From Takakia lepidozioides (taxonomy: Eukaryota > Plantae > Bryophyta): a DNA stretch of 64,000 nucleotides. The notes under the pieces are model-generated. The model was not told where the DNA came from. It did not search any database and saw only the letters and a list, made by a program, of their open reading frames with translations. The translations under genes and the position numbers were made by a program. The DNA lies in assembly GCA_030704615.1 (NCBI GenBank), contig CM060734.1, positions 22,072,001 through 22,136,000 of the forward strand. Direction: 5' to 3'. This document shows positions 35,794 through 49,200 of this stretch, in pieces. Position 1 is the first letter of the stretch; each line of letters begins with the position of its first letter.

Positions 35794-38700
35794 TGTCGTG
35801 CGCATATACATCGCTATACAACTACATCGCTGTCCAAACCACACAACAGATATATACACACAAGCCAGTCTGCCACAATCGCCCCCCCTAGCTGGTGGTT
35901 AGGTCCCTCTAACTCCAGATAGCTACAAGATGTAATAGCCACAGCCTCACTAAGTCCTCTATCACTGTCCCTATTGTACTCAAACTCTATAGATCAAGAG
36001 GCCGGGTACAAGAGTAGCCCCATCGTTAGTCGCCGTCTTGCAATCTATGAACTTGAGCCAGGAATCTCGTGTATTGGTCTCATAGAAGCTTGGCCTTGTG
36101 GTTCTTGTTAGCCTCCCATGGTTGTATCCACTCCCACTATCCAATGCAACGTGGACATAACCAATCTCCATCAGGAACCATCTCAAGAGGTGGTGTCAAG
36201 CATCCCATGTGCCAACCTCTTGAACGTCGATCACACACCAGCATGGTGATTGCCCCTCTGACAGACCCACACAACATGCACCTCAAACCTGTAGGTACCA
36301 CTGCCAAGTTTGGGTCAATCCTACCATCAATATTCGGAAGGTGACATGGCGCACAATTACACACATGGTCCTTCCAAGTCATGCCATCCCTACCCTCCAA
36401 GATTAGGACTCCTGAGGGCAACACCTCTCGAACCCTCAAGATAATGCGTCCTGCTGTCACATCCAGGGCCGTAGGAGCAGTCTGCTGCAGATAAACATAG
36501 TCATCAAAATTTAAACCTCCGAACCCCGAGTCGATAGCCCCCACCACGTATGGTGGCATACCAAGAGGTTGTTTTGGAGGAGGTCAACCGGTCGCCATCT
36601 GCGAGGCCAAAGGCTGTTGAGCTACTTGTTGCACAGAAAATAGCCATGCAGCACATCCTCTCACCGAATGGGGGACAACGCAGTCAGCTCTCCGAGGTGA
36701 ATTCGAAAATCTAATGGAGGCTGTTGGAGCTGTCGATTCTTCCTCCGTAAGACAGAATGTGCACAAACTGAAAGAGCAATTGGGGCGGGGGGATGACATG
36801 AAGAACATTCTGACTTTTAAGGGAAGCTGTGGGTATAATTTCATACATGGAAGTAGATTTCCAGATCAAGGCTCGACGGAGGATAGGTGCTTTCTGTTCA
36901 AAATGTCCACGGTCGGCAACGGGTCAGGTGTAGATTTGGTGGACATGTGTTGTGCAATGGCAAAGTTCTCGAAAGTCACGGGCATGACTTTCTTGAACAA
37001 CTCTGCGCGCCGATCACACGCACGTGCCCACATGTCCGGATCGTCAAGGTTGAGCATTGAGGCAAATCTAGCTCTCGGCCAGAGAGAAGAAAATATGGTG
37101 AGAACGAGGCAAGTGATGCTTGCTTGCTGAACCTGTAGCCCATGACTAACCAGGGTAGCTGAAGGTCCCAATCTCCCAAGTGTCCCTTCTGCAAGCCATA
37201 CTTGCGTAAACCCCTCTTAACCGTCTGCATAACTCTATCTGCCAAGCCATCGGCCTTAGGATGGTCCCGAGAAGTGGTGCGGTGGTTTATCAAGGCTTTG
37301 TTACACAACGTCTGAAACTACCCCAAGAACTCTCTGTGTTGGTCCGTGAGTACCTCAACTGGAGCACCGAATCGGCTAAGTACACGATCCAAAAATGCAT
37401 ATGCAGCTCCCTCACTAGCCTTATTAGGCAATGGAACCAACTCAATCCACTTGGAGAAGTGCTCCACCATCACCAACACATACTTGTTGTGGCGCATGGT
37501 CAGTGGCAACGGCCCTGCGAAGTCAAGACTCCACATGTAGCCCAATCCCATGATCGGAAAAAGATGCAATTGTGGTGTAGGGGCGTTGAATGAAGCACGC
37601 ACCCTATCACACACCTTGCACCTAGCTACTAATTGTTGCATCTCTGTATGCATACCACGCCACTAATACTGCCCCTGCAGTAAACTGTGAGTGCGTCGCA
37701 CCCCAAAATGCTCCAACTCCTCATGGGCATGCCTCACTAACCGTGCCCGCTGTGTTGGGTAGGCACAATCCTCACTCGACCATCCTCCTACACTCGGAGC
37801 AGGTGTGTCCCCTCCCACTTGAACATCTTGGCTCGTTGCAGGATCCGATCCATCTCCTTGGCAGTCACAACTGTGGCTGTTGTGTCTCCAGTGGGGAGAT
37901 AGTCCAACACAGCTGAATCCTCATGTATATCTCTGGCGCCACCTTGCTCATCACTTGCCTCAGGGTCCTCAGACACTTGGTCTATAACCATCTCTGTTGT
38001 CTAACTTGGCCTTCCGTTGCCAAGATAGAAGAAATGTAGATGCGTGTCATCCCGACACTATCTCCTCGTCCGTCTCATCATGCCACCAAGCTCCAGTATC
38101 ATCCTGCTGGCTCGTGCATGGATTGCGACTCAACCCATCCGCATCTCGATTGACTAGACCGGATCGATGCACCACCTGAAAGTCATACTCCTGGAGTATG
38201 AGTGCCCACCGTGCAAGCTTTCCTGTAAGCTTGTTTGACTCCATCAACCACTTGAGTGGCTGGTGATCCGTAGGTAGCACCTGAAGTGTGTCACGACCCA
38301 CACTGCAGCTAAGCATTGTCCCTCGTATGAGCTATACTTTGTCTTTGCAGCGTTATTCGAGCGGCTAGCATAAGCCACTACGAACTCTCTCCCCTCATCA
38401 TCCACCTGTGTAAGCACCGCTCCAAGCCCCAGCATGCTCCAATCCGTATGTAGCTGAAAAGGACGCCCCCTGATAGGTCGTCTCAAGATAGGTGTTGAGG
38501 TCAATCTCGCCTTGAGCTCCTGAAAAGCTCGTTCCTGCTCATCTTCCCACTGCCACTCCTGGTCCACCTTGGTTTGTTTGGTTAGAGCCTTTGCAATAGC
38601 ACTAAATCCCTTGACAAACCGTCGATAGTTTGCCAACCCCATGAAAGCTCAAACTCGGCTCACGTCCGTGGGGCGTGGAATCTGTGCAATGGCCTCTACC

Positions 38701-39208
38701 TTAGTCTGCTATACCCCCAATCCTCCAGGATATATCATGTGACCCAGATATTCAATCTGGTTGTGGAAAAACTGGCATTTCCTGGATGTAACTTCAATCC
38801 GTGCACCCTCAAGCGCTCAAATACCACCTGAAGGTGTCTCTCATGCTTCTCCACCGTGGCACTGAAGATGATAACATCATCTATATAACACCGAGTAAAC
38901 TCCACCCCTGCCAGAATCCCGTCCATGACTCTCTGGAACTCTGCATGAGCATTCTTCAGCCCGAATGGTAAGAATCGCCATTGATATAGACAATCCTTGC
39001 CGTGCTCATTGATCCCCCAGAATGCCATCTTCTGCTTGTCCGCCTCCTTGATCGGCAACTGGTGATATCCGGAACGCAAATCCAAAGTGCTAAAGACCTT
39101 GGCATGCCCAATGGCATCGAAGATCTCCTCCGGCGTTGGCATGGCATACCTGTCGGAAGTTTGGTCTGACGATTTACAGGTCGGTAATCCCCGCACATAC
39201 GTCTCTCC
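35794..39208 (-). mobile_element. Nested 5'-truncated Gypsy element with a PHD finger after the integrase
   Basis: RMCGDYRPVN, LDLRSGYHQ, YIDDV, LHTDWS, WSLDFAGPL, GLADRVMQT; ORF 36137-36559 ends CMLC...MLVCDRRSRGWHMGCLTPPLEMVPDGDWLCPRC; PPT near 35880 and a short TG..CA LTR remnant at 35794-35877. Confidence 0.85.
36510..36946 (+). mobile_element. Fragment of the MULE-like family seen at 60-64 kb, inside the Gypsy integrase tail
   Basis: YNFIHGSRFPDQGSTEDRCFLFKMSTVGNGSGVDLV aligns with YEFIQNSIFPGQGSSKVYLFKMSTVGEGSGVSIV in ORF 61135-61941. Confidence 0.8.
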
Positions 39209-40647
39209 ATCCGAAACTCCTTTTGAGTTGCTTTATGGTAGACATTGTATCTCTCCTTTGTATCATACTCCACTAATTTCTACTGATTCTGAGCCTGTGG
39301 ACTTGACTGATTTTGTGGAGAGGGTGCATGCTAGGCACATGGTCTCGGATAATGAGGCTAAGGCTAACATTGTTCTTGCTCAAGCAGTACAGGCTAGGAA
39401 TAACAAACGGGTTAAGTACTTAGATCACTTCCACGAGGGACAAACTGTGTGCCTACGTCTTCAACATGGACAACATGCATGTAAATCCAAGCTGAAGATT
39501 GACGGTCTTTATTTGTTGTACAAGTTGCTTCGTAGGAGACGTGCTTTGATTTTGCCGCAGGGACACAACACTGAAGCACATGAGGAGCCAGTGGCACTTA
39601 CAGATTTGATTAATTCGGAGCTGGTTTTTGACTTGACATGCATCAATGTTGAAGGGCGATCGGTGGTGCTCACTCCTCGTGGTGCAGGTGCTAGGGAGGC
39701 TTCGGTTTCATATGAGACTTCTCTTGGACTTAGTCAGTTTTTCATTTTCAGATTGTAGTATTCTTCCATAGTTGTTTTGTAGTCTAGTTTTAGACTTAGC
39801 ATGAAGTTCCAACTTGTCCACACGCGTAAGGTTTTTCTTTGCATGGGTTTTGTCCCATCGGTTTTCCCATGAAAGGTTTTTCACCCTGCGACGTTGGGGA
39901 ACTTCATGGCGGGGTAAACTCCTTATATTTTACCTCGCGGAGCTCGGATTTTTAAGGGGGGGGAAGCCTTCACATATGTGATGGCGCATGTTCTCCTGGC
40001 CTGACTTTCAGCTTATTCATTACTCTCTGACAGGTTCATCCCATGCCATTAGTATTTATATACAGCTTGACCTATACTTGTTTGAGGTTATCCTAGAGCT
40101 TTGTGGCTGCATCTGGACCCTTCATTGATCTACGGGCCAGATCTATTTGTAATCTAGGCACCCCGTGGCATGCTGCCACATGGGGTTATTGCCTCATCCT
40201 AGGCTTTGGGTATAAGCTTGTTCCTGTCCTCGAGTGAGGGCCCTTCTTCTCGTATGTACAACCTGGTTCTCAACGTGCTCTATGAGCTTTGGATGTGTGC
40301 ATGTTGGTTGTGCATATGCTGTACGTGGGATCCTCTACATGTTCATCTCTCTTCTCGTGCTGTAAAGCCAGCTCCTTCCGAGCTCTTACACCCTAGATTA
40401 ACGTGCCATTGTGAGGACGGGAGAATCTCATTCAAGCACAAAATAAGCCTTCACACTCTTACCCTACCCGCACAACATCAGTCATCGCGTTCAGTTTTTA
40501 AATGAAAATCACATGCAGATTTGGGAATGTGGAAGCTTAGCATGGAAGAATGGGTCACAATGACCCGTGTTGATGAACAACACAAATAGTCCAATGTTTA
40601 AATGTATATCGGAGCAGCTCTACAAAGTGACCTAAGAAGTTGCCCTG

Positions 40648-43600
40648 CTAACTCTCCTTTCTATTGTTTGATTTGTCTTTGGTGTGAATGGTGCTGCTGG
40701 TGCGCTTGCAATGACCTTTTCTTCTCCATTTGAGAAGGATCTGGTAGGAGAGCCCACTGAAGACCATGACCACACCCAACCACTGCTGAAGAGACAGAGA
40801 ATTTCCTTTCCAGATGGAAGATACAAGAATGCTGGCGAACTTGCGTGTGGTGGTTATGGTCGTATTTGTCAGCGCCCCAAACCGGCTGATGGTGAGAAAA
40901 ATGAAGTTTTGCCCAACGGCCCCACATAAACAGAAGAGGAAAATGTCAACTGCCGCCTCTGGATGTGCATGGCAAAACTGAAGGGCTGCCCACCCACCTC
41001 CACTTGGCCACCCAAACATGAAGAGAGTCATGTAAATGGAACCCCACAAGTTCATGCCCATCATGATGTGCCATGCATTAGTCTTTGGGTACCTGTCACC
41101 CACCGAACTGAATGAGCAAACTGACATATGAACAGTAACTGAAAAAAAAGATTCAAGGGACCATATCCAAGGGCGAACAAGTCTCTACGAAGGCTGTCAT
41201 TCCAACAAATTTGAGCTCAAGAGACTGTTGTTTGGAAACCTTCGAGAGACCTAATACATGAAGCAAGCCCTCCAACAATTGACGGTCAATCCTGAAGGAC
41301 CAGAAGGAGGAGAACGGGGAGAGATGTTGGATCAGAGCCCTTGATCCATTCCCTTTTTTCATTACAACGACAAACAGACAAAGAAAGAAAAGAAAGAGAG
41401 CCTACTTATGAGTGATGGAATCTTGAGTAGCATTAGTGAATCCGTCCAACGCTAGGTTTGCCATACACAATGTGTAACCAAGAGGTGCATTAGGACTGGC
41501 AAGTTTGTTCACAAGCTTTGCTTGGGTCTGCAGCCCCCCCACACAACCAGAACTAAGCCATCAGAAAGGGTGATTCAAAATTTCCACAGAATCTGGACAT
41601 AAGGAAAAACAAAAGTCTTGGTAGACCTCTCCAGGCTACTACCTCCTGTTCTTACATGAACACTCAAAAGTGCCCACCTATCACACCCACCGCGGTATGA
41701 GTGCTTCATATTGTTTGCCCAACCTGACAGCCCCTAGGTACCTACTTTACAAGACATGCCCACCCTTCATTCAGGGGAACCATTCAGCAAACGATACGAC
41801 ATAGGCAAGGAGCCAATCATAGGCAAGTGAGAAAGTACATAGCATCTCATTCTAGTAAACTAAATGCAACCCCATTTCATCCCAGAAAGGAGCTGTCCAG
41901 TTGCGGTAGGGCAATTACCATTTTAATACTTCATCACTTGTGAAAAATTGTGCAATGCTCATACTCAATCGAACCAAGGCAACGTATGCTAGACACTTTG
42001 GAAGTCAAGACTGATGCTTGCCTTGAAGAGAGCAAAAACAGAGACCCCACCAGCCACCAGAAAAGTGGATAGGTATTCCTTTATTGTATAGTGGACTCCA
42101 TACACAAGGGCTCCCATCAGCATTACTGTCATTCCCACCCACAGGAACTACATACAATCAGCACAGTTCCCGAATAACTCCAATGCTCAACAGCAAGCCA
42201 CTGATTGCCATGTCCGAAATTCACCATTGTTCTGCAGACAGATAGTAGCTATTTTAAACTAGAGAGTGAATCTTTCTTGCTCTTTCTCTTGCCCTCCCTC
42301 TGCTACAGAACTCTAGGCCTTTTTGGTCAAGTCACCAGTGTCCAAGCAAGCAATCCGCAGCACGGCTGCCTGGTCACTCTAGAGATACTGTCCGATGACA
42401 TGAGCTGTATGGCGTGTTGTCATGTGGGGTGACAATTGTGGCTGGCCATAATACTGAGATGCAGAGAGGCAGTACAGGTCGCCATCATGTCCTTGAGCCC
42501 TAAAAATGCTTGTTGCTTACACAAGATTCTGCGAAGTAAGAGGCAATACCTGGAATCATTTTGGAAGACTTAGCCAGCACCTGTTGATTTCCAGTTCAAT
42601 ATATGTCAAACTATGAACACCTGTAACCACTTGAACGTAGTATACCAGTCAAGTAGTTTAATTTTCAAGTGCAATTATACATTAACCCTCACAAGACCCT
42701 GTCCATCCTTTAGGTGCTTCTATAGAGACTTCAAGATTATTTCATTCCAAAGCTGACATGTTTTGTTGCCTCCGCATTAGGGTGGGACTCTAGATACAAT
42801 AATAATAATCAGTGAGCAACTCAAATACCTGAGCAGGATAGCTGATGTACTTCAGTGCTACAATGCCACATGCTGGCCCAATGGCATTTGAAATACTAGC
42901 ACTCCAATAGGCCGCTATTGGAGCCTGTGTACCTTTCTTATTAGGCCACAGCTGGAGCACTGCTCAAACGTAAAAAAACAGAGACACAGTTATGATCAGA
43001 GCAGCCCTTACTCTCCCCTCCCAGCAGTGGCAGTGGTCTGGGTGTTCTTAGTCCCATAAGCTCTTGGAGCTTCTCATATACATGATAAGTTTCTGTTTTT
43101 ATATTTCTCTTTACCGACTGAGTCCTAGAGGCCCTTTGACCTTGATGTCTGCTTGTGTGCGTCTCTCCTTTTTCTAGAGCAAGTAGAGTCTGATAAGTGT
43201 ATTTGTCTGAGACAATTTGCAGACTTGAATACTCAGTGTTGAGCCAAATAAATTCAACAAAAAATATGACAACAATGACACCCAAGGATAGAGGTCTAAC
43301 TTCAGAGTCAAAAGGTGCTGTCATTTCCACTGGGGTGGGCAAGGAAGCTTACTGATAAAAGACCAAATGAAGCAGACAGTGCTTTGAGCCAGGTTGAGAA
43401 ATGCAAGATGTTCAAATCGGTGTTGATTTCCATAACGTTTTGTGGATCTGTGACAAAAACAGGCAAATAACAAGAAACCTTCAGAATGTGAGAAGTCCAA
43501 ATGTTGATTTCCATATCAGTTTGTGGATCCGGGGGAGAAACAGGCAAATAGTTTCTTGCGCATTTTCAAACACTCTGCTTCTTGTCCTCTCGCTCAGAAA

Positions 43601-44225
43601 TACCAATTTTAGATGTGTATCCGAGGTGCCTATCTGAGGCAAACTATTAACTGCAGACAGGAACGATCTCCAGGCGATGCTTTCGTATTGGCGTCGGTAA
43701 GAAATCATTCTTCCTTATGCTGCCATTAAAGTTCGTCACTTAATAGAATTATTCAAAGTTCCAAGGCCGGGTCTGGAGAATAACCAACCACTGGCTAGCT
43801 CAAGCAGATAGCATCACTGAGAAGGCTCAACCATAAATTGCAATATATATTTGCAGTATGTACACGAAGCGAGATGTACTCTGTTCCATGTGGACGTTAG
43901 CCATGATAAACATTCAGGGATAGTCCCATAGAGACACTATTTTTCCTGGTTCCAATCGTGGCAATTCACATCAGAAGAATGGAAAACCGAGAAGCGAAAT
44001 CATGGAAGTGCTGGTGCCTACACTCGACAATCCGTTCAGATGGTATTCGTGCGGATCTAAGGAGCTGGCATCGACATCAGATTGAGACGTTTGCAGAAGG
44101 GGGGAGAGAGAAGAAGGCAATTGTACTCACACATTTTCTTGGAGGACCCCCTGTGTGATATATGCAGCATAGATGGCCACCACACAGAAACAGAACATGA
44201 ACGCCCGACCACCCTTGCTTTCCAT
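40648..44225 (-). CDS. UTR3: UDP-galactose/UDP-glucose transporter (SLC35B1; UTR1/UTR3 type), 7 exons, 340 aa
   Basis: Exons 44131-44225, 43353-43447, 42829-42959, 42550-42580, 42022-42125, 41406-41527 and 40648-41092 join in frame (1023 nt). Motifs YITQGVLQE, RFEHLAFLNLAQ, ALKYISYPAQVLAKSSKMIPVM, DGFTNATQD, GQNFIFLTISRFG, ITTTRKF. Intron 5 has a GC donor. Confidence 0.95.
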
Positions 44226-45150
44226 CGTTAAACCCCGACACAACCTCAAGTTCTGACGTTCACAGAAAGCACGATAGAAGGCTCATCTCCTGGTTTTGCA
44301 GCTTACATCTCATCAGCAACAAAGACCTTCGAGTGGCATGACAATATCTTCCCAACCTCTTCTTAAAAGTTGTTCTCTGTGCTATCACAAAGATCTCCCA
44401 CCTCTGCCGATATGGCTGCAGGCCGGCACTGGATGTGGGTTCTGTGCATCCTGTATTACAGGCTCATTTGAATGATGAATTAGTGTTGATGAAGCTCAGT
44501 TCAGGACCCCCTTGGTGACTGGATGTGGGTTCTGTGTTATACTGGAGAAAGAGAATGAATCACTTTATGAGGGAGAAAGTAGAGAGAGGCCGTTGTGACC
44601 GGGGGTATTAAGAGAATGAATCACTTTATGAGAGAAGTAGAGAGAGAGGCCATTGTGACAAAGGGTATTTTTGTTTGAGCATAAGACACTCTATGAGATC
44701 ACTACAGTGTGTTCAAAGTACTCAGTGCCACCCACCTGACTGGGTTTATCTACAGAGTCCAACTTTCGGTTTCTTCAATGCATCCTTCTTCCTCAGGTTG
44801 TAGAGGCACAGACTGCTGTGCAATGGAGGCTGCTCTCCGCCTTCAAACTGCACCGATCTTGCACTCTTCCTCCGCTCCCTTTCTCTCCTCTCCATCTCTC
44901 GTCTTCCTGCGCTGCTACGCTGAACACAGGACGGGAGGAGGGAGGGCCAATGGCGCCGTGACAGCGCAGCATGCCACGCAAATGCCCCCTTCGCATTGGT
45001 CCCTTGTCTCCCTCGTATTTCACGTAATTTCTTTTCTTTTCCCGCTTCGACGACAAACAGGTTTATCTTCCATCCCGACGCATAAATAAATCGTTCGTCG
45101 GACTTTGTTAGGTTCACAGAAAAAAACAATTGTTTCCGGTTGTGCTAGAC

Positions 45151-46080
45151 TATGGATGAAATTCATCCGTGAGAACCTTTTGAGATTCGGGCTGCCCCTT
45201 CTCACCCATCTACCTACTAGAGAACGGGCTGCGTTGGCCGACTCTGCCCTGTGCGCGGCCATAGGGCTCGCCCGTATGGATGAAATTCATCCGTAGGAAC
45301 CTTTTGAGATTCGGGCTGCCCCTTCTCACCCTGACGGTCTCGCCCAAAGGCCGCTTATGGGTGACAATGTGGACCTGGTGGTTGCTCTGGGCGTCCTCTG
45401 TGCGTAATCGGCCATCCCTGCCGATTCTGCCTGCCGAATTGGCAGTACACCCTGGGTGGCCGATTCGGCCTTAGAGTTAGGCTCAGAAAGTGGCAGAATA
45501 CGCCACACCTGCTTTTAACTTTCACAGCAGCCGTCTGTTTCAAGGGGCTCACCCACTTTGATCAAAAGGCGACCCCATGGAAAAGAAGACACACAACCCC
45601 TCATACGCAGGGTTTATAGGCAATCGATATGGGATAATGGAACCTCAATCATATTGCACCAGGTGGCGACGAGAATACGCCACAACCTGCTTTTAACGCC
45701 AGTGAACAGGCCGCGTTGGCCGACTCTGCCCAGTCCACAACCCGCCCCATAACCCTTTGAGGCTCGCTCTGTTTATATCCTCTCCGGGGCTCTGAACCTG
45801 GGAGGCCGTACGGGGCGGAACCCGCATTCACCCGTAGTTTGGTTGGGTCTCAGACTGCGGACTAGGGTGGGAGAGGAGCCCCTGCTACCGGATATAGCAG
45901 GAGCCAGGACCTACCGAGCCGCCGGCGAGGTGTCATGGCGACCTGCTATATCCGATAGCAAGGGCTCCTCTCGAGCGCTACTGGATATAACCGGTTTTTA
46001 GGGCAGCGAGCCAGTCAGTTTACCCTTTTATGTACCTACCACCACCGGATATAGCAGGGAGCCAGGACCTACCGAGCCGT
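45151..46080. repeat. Cluster of short direct and inverted repeats, probable non-autonomous element relic
   Basis: ~58-bp direct repeat at 45151 and 45274; 31-bp inverted repeat at 45871-45901 and 45942-45972 (2 mismatches); CCGGATATAGCAGG..AGCCAGGACCTACCGAGCCG repeated at ~45888 and ~46045. Confidence 0.6.
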
Positions 46081-46263
46081 GTAGGTAGTTAAAATGTAGT
46101 AGGTCGTAGAATACCATATATAGCATCCCTCCTCAAATCCAATAGAAACACGCCACATCAGCAAGTCTGCTCTAAATATCGGTTATGGACTAGCCCTGCA
46201 ACTCAGGGAAAAACGCGAGCATTCTGGCAGCCGGCACATGATATCCGGATTTATTCTCATGTC

Positions 46264-49200
46264 ATTTTTATTTTATTTAATTTAATAAAAGGGAAACACC
46301 TGGGAGCAACAGCTCACAAATCAGGCCCCTTAATAGTGAGAGGAGAAAATAACCTATTTCATTTATGCGCCATGGAGACGAACGAGTGGGACACAGCCCA
46401 CGGAAGGGGGAGAAGACAATACCACACCCGTCAAGTAGCAAGATTTCACCCCAGAATCATCTGGGTGGCACTCAGTGCACTTAACCCTTAAGTGCCCAAG
46501 CTCATTTTCACCCTTTGGTGGAAAAACTTGACCCTGGCCCACAAAAACTTTTTTATCTTGAGATTTTCTGTGTCCATGTAAAACTGACTGTTAGAATTAC
46601 TTCCCACCCCACCTCCTGCCACAAAAAGTTTCATTAAAATCGAACAGCCAGATGTGCAGATTATAAAGTGTAGAGTGGAGATAAAAACAACTCTCCTCTA
46701 AGAAATAGGTGCCAAAAAAAGCAGTTTTTTAGCCAATACCCGGGCAGTTTTTAAAAAAAAAATTACAGTCTCAAGAATGTTGTTCTAGACCTGATAACAC
46801 ACATCCTAAGAAGTTTTCAATTTTTTCTGAAATGTTCTCAAGTGAGCTCCTTTGTAGTGACAAAGGCGGGGGGGGGGGGGGGTCAAATTATACCATTTTC
46901 TTTGGGCAGACCAAAATCTCTCTTCCAAATATTCTACAAAAAATTTCAGCCATTCAATTCCTAATCCCTCCGGTTGAAGTGTCAAGGGCATCCATGTGAG
47001 GTCCCCAAATGTTTTTGAGACCAATCAGTAACTGTCATCGCATCTTTAGGTTCCCTGCCCAAGACTTCAAATGGCACACCTATGCTATAGCCTGCAGGCC
47101 TAGGATACTTGGAACCATAGCCCACAAGGGTAGAGGGTTTGGGAGCTCCTCTCGCTACCCGGCCCCTACTTTCTTAGGGGCCCACTCCACCCTCAACCCT
47201 ATGAAACCCATGCCCCAGGTTCGGCCCACCCCTCATAATGAGGGGTTTTGGACTTTGCCACCCCACATATGTATGGCCTACCCCTAACCGGAAATACATC
47301 CCGGATTTTTTACTTTACCGGGATGTTTCCAAACAGTTTTGAATGTCAAACTGTAGGAACCCCTGAATTTGTCCAAGTCCCTTATGTACTTGTGTGCTTG
47401 AAGCCCCTTGAATTTGTTCTAAGTCCTTTGTGTGTCTGAAGCTCATTGAATCAGTTTACAAGTCCTTTGTGTGCTTGGAGCTCCTTGCATTGTTCTAAGT
47501 TCTTTGTGTGTTTTCAAGCCTGTGTGATACATCTTGAAATTGTCTAAGTCATGCAAAGCTGCGAAGGGAAGTATACATCAATTCAAGGAGTTCTTGAATT
47601 TGTTCATGATACATACATATGAACACTAGTTCAGCCAGGTGCTGAACTTAGTGATACATGTTTTTTGCAACCAGTCCTACACATCCCCCTACCATAACCC
47701 AGACTCGAGTGGGGATTGAACCCACACAAAAACTGCCTATCGCAGCCGACCCCCCCCCGCCCCCTACCATCCCACAGCCCCCCTCTCCCCCTCCCTCGAT
47801 GGGGTTGATCTTCACACTGGGATTGAACCATGCAGAACCTGTACACAAGCAGAAAAGAAAGCTTGGCATTAGCACCCAAAAAAATGCCATGGAAGCATCA
47901 TGCAAACCACAAGGTCAGTTTGCTGGAAACCCAAGGAAACCAGACAACATCAAGTACCTTAGCAAACAAGATGTAAACCTTATGAAAAGATAAGTGCAAT
48001 CTGAATGAGCAAAGCACATGAAATACAAGGTCAGTTAGGGCTTTGATTTTAGTTTTTTTCGGGCTGTTTCATTGCTGGAGGCAGGAGGTTCATGATGGGG
48101 CTGCAAACACCTCATTACTAAGCAAAGGCGGCCCAGTAGGGCATCACCATGAATGCACAGCCTGCAGCCCGCCCTGCCAGCCCCAAGTGGAAGCACGAGC
48201 ACAAAATACACATGGCGAATGAAGCACCAGAGCGAATAAGGAAACTCTAGGAACCAAAATAGATAAAACATAGACCAAAATAGGTGAAACATGATCGCCA
48301 CAAAGGAAAAGAAGAAGGTTGGCTAGGTTTAGTGGCTCCCAATAAACACAACATACAGTGCAGGCTGGAGACAGGGCTGGAGCCACCCATAAATCGATGG
48401 CCAAATGAAATGAGCAGGCCACTTAGGCTCTCAGGAAGAAGTCTCACCAAGGTTGAATCGCACCATGCTTGAATCGCACGTCAGAAATGTTACCAAGAAA
48501 TCGATAAAACTCCATTTGCAGACAGGCCAACGTGCCAAGAACCATGACACGAAATCGATGCGTGCTTGAAATGTCACCCCAAATCGACTGAACCCTCAAG
48601 CTGGACAAATGCCATCGTGCCAGCAACCATGCAAAGGACACAAAATGCCAAATGACCAAAAATCGCATGAAGTAACCATGGATCCAACCATCGATGGCCA
48701 ACATTGATGAGCAGGTCAGGCATGTTACCTAATAATCGATAGAACTTCAGCCCGCAAAAAGACCAACGTGCCAGGAACCATGACAACGTGAATGGAAATT
48801 CGCAGGTCAGTTTAGTTCCACAATCGTGAATGTCACCCCAAATCGAGAGAACCCTCAGGCTGGACAAAGGCAAACATGCCAGACACCATGGAAACCTGGG
48901 CCACCCACAAAATCACGCCATAGGTGCTTCTCTCATGCTCGAGCAAAATCGATGGCCAAAAAACCGTGATGAAGTAACCATGATCCCACAAATTGATGGG
49001 CAATGAAATGAGCAGGTCAGTTAGGGTTTTCAGGAAAGAATGTCACCCCAAACTAACAGAACAGAACGCCAAACAAACGCATTGGGTGATTCTCTCATGC
49101 ATCGTGCCACAAACATCCATACACCCCAAATGAAAGATTCCAAGCACTGTGCGCGAAAATGAATGCCACCGGCTGCATCGCCGCCATGCAATCCTCATGG

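Larger units (their letters stand above)
32720..40513 (+). mobile_element. 5'-truncated, degenerate Ty3/Gypsy element (RT, RNase H, integrase, PPT, probable 3' LTR 39977-~40513) hosting nested insertions
   Basis: RFCVDFRRLN, LDLASGFWQ, MPFGLCNA, YIDDI, QTDASD, TDHLPL, GHLGVKKT..CEAC, GIDLVGPL, ETPFELLYGR; purine tract 39954-39966; TGTGAT at 39977 and ATCACA at 40508-40513 (LTR end tentative). Confidence 0.8.

Noticed and set aside
46430-46484. Functional tRNA gene
   Set aside because: B-box is degenerate, no convincing anticodon arm, it is interrupted, and it continues into a body with an A-rich tail; a SINE fits better.
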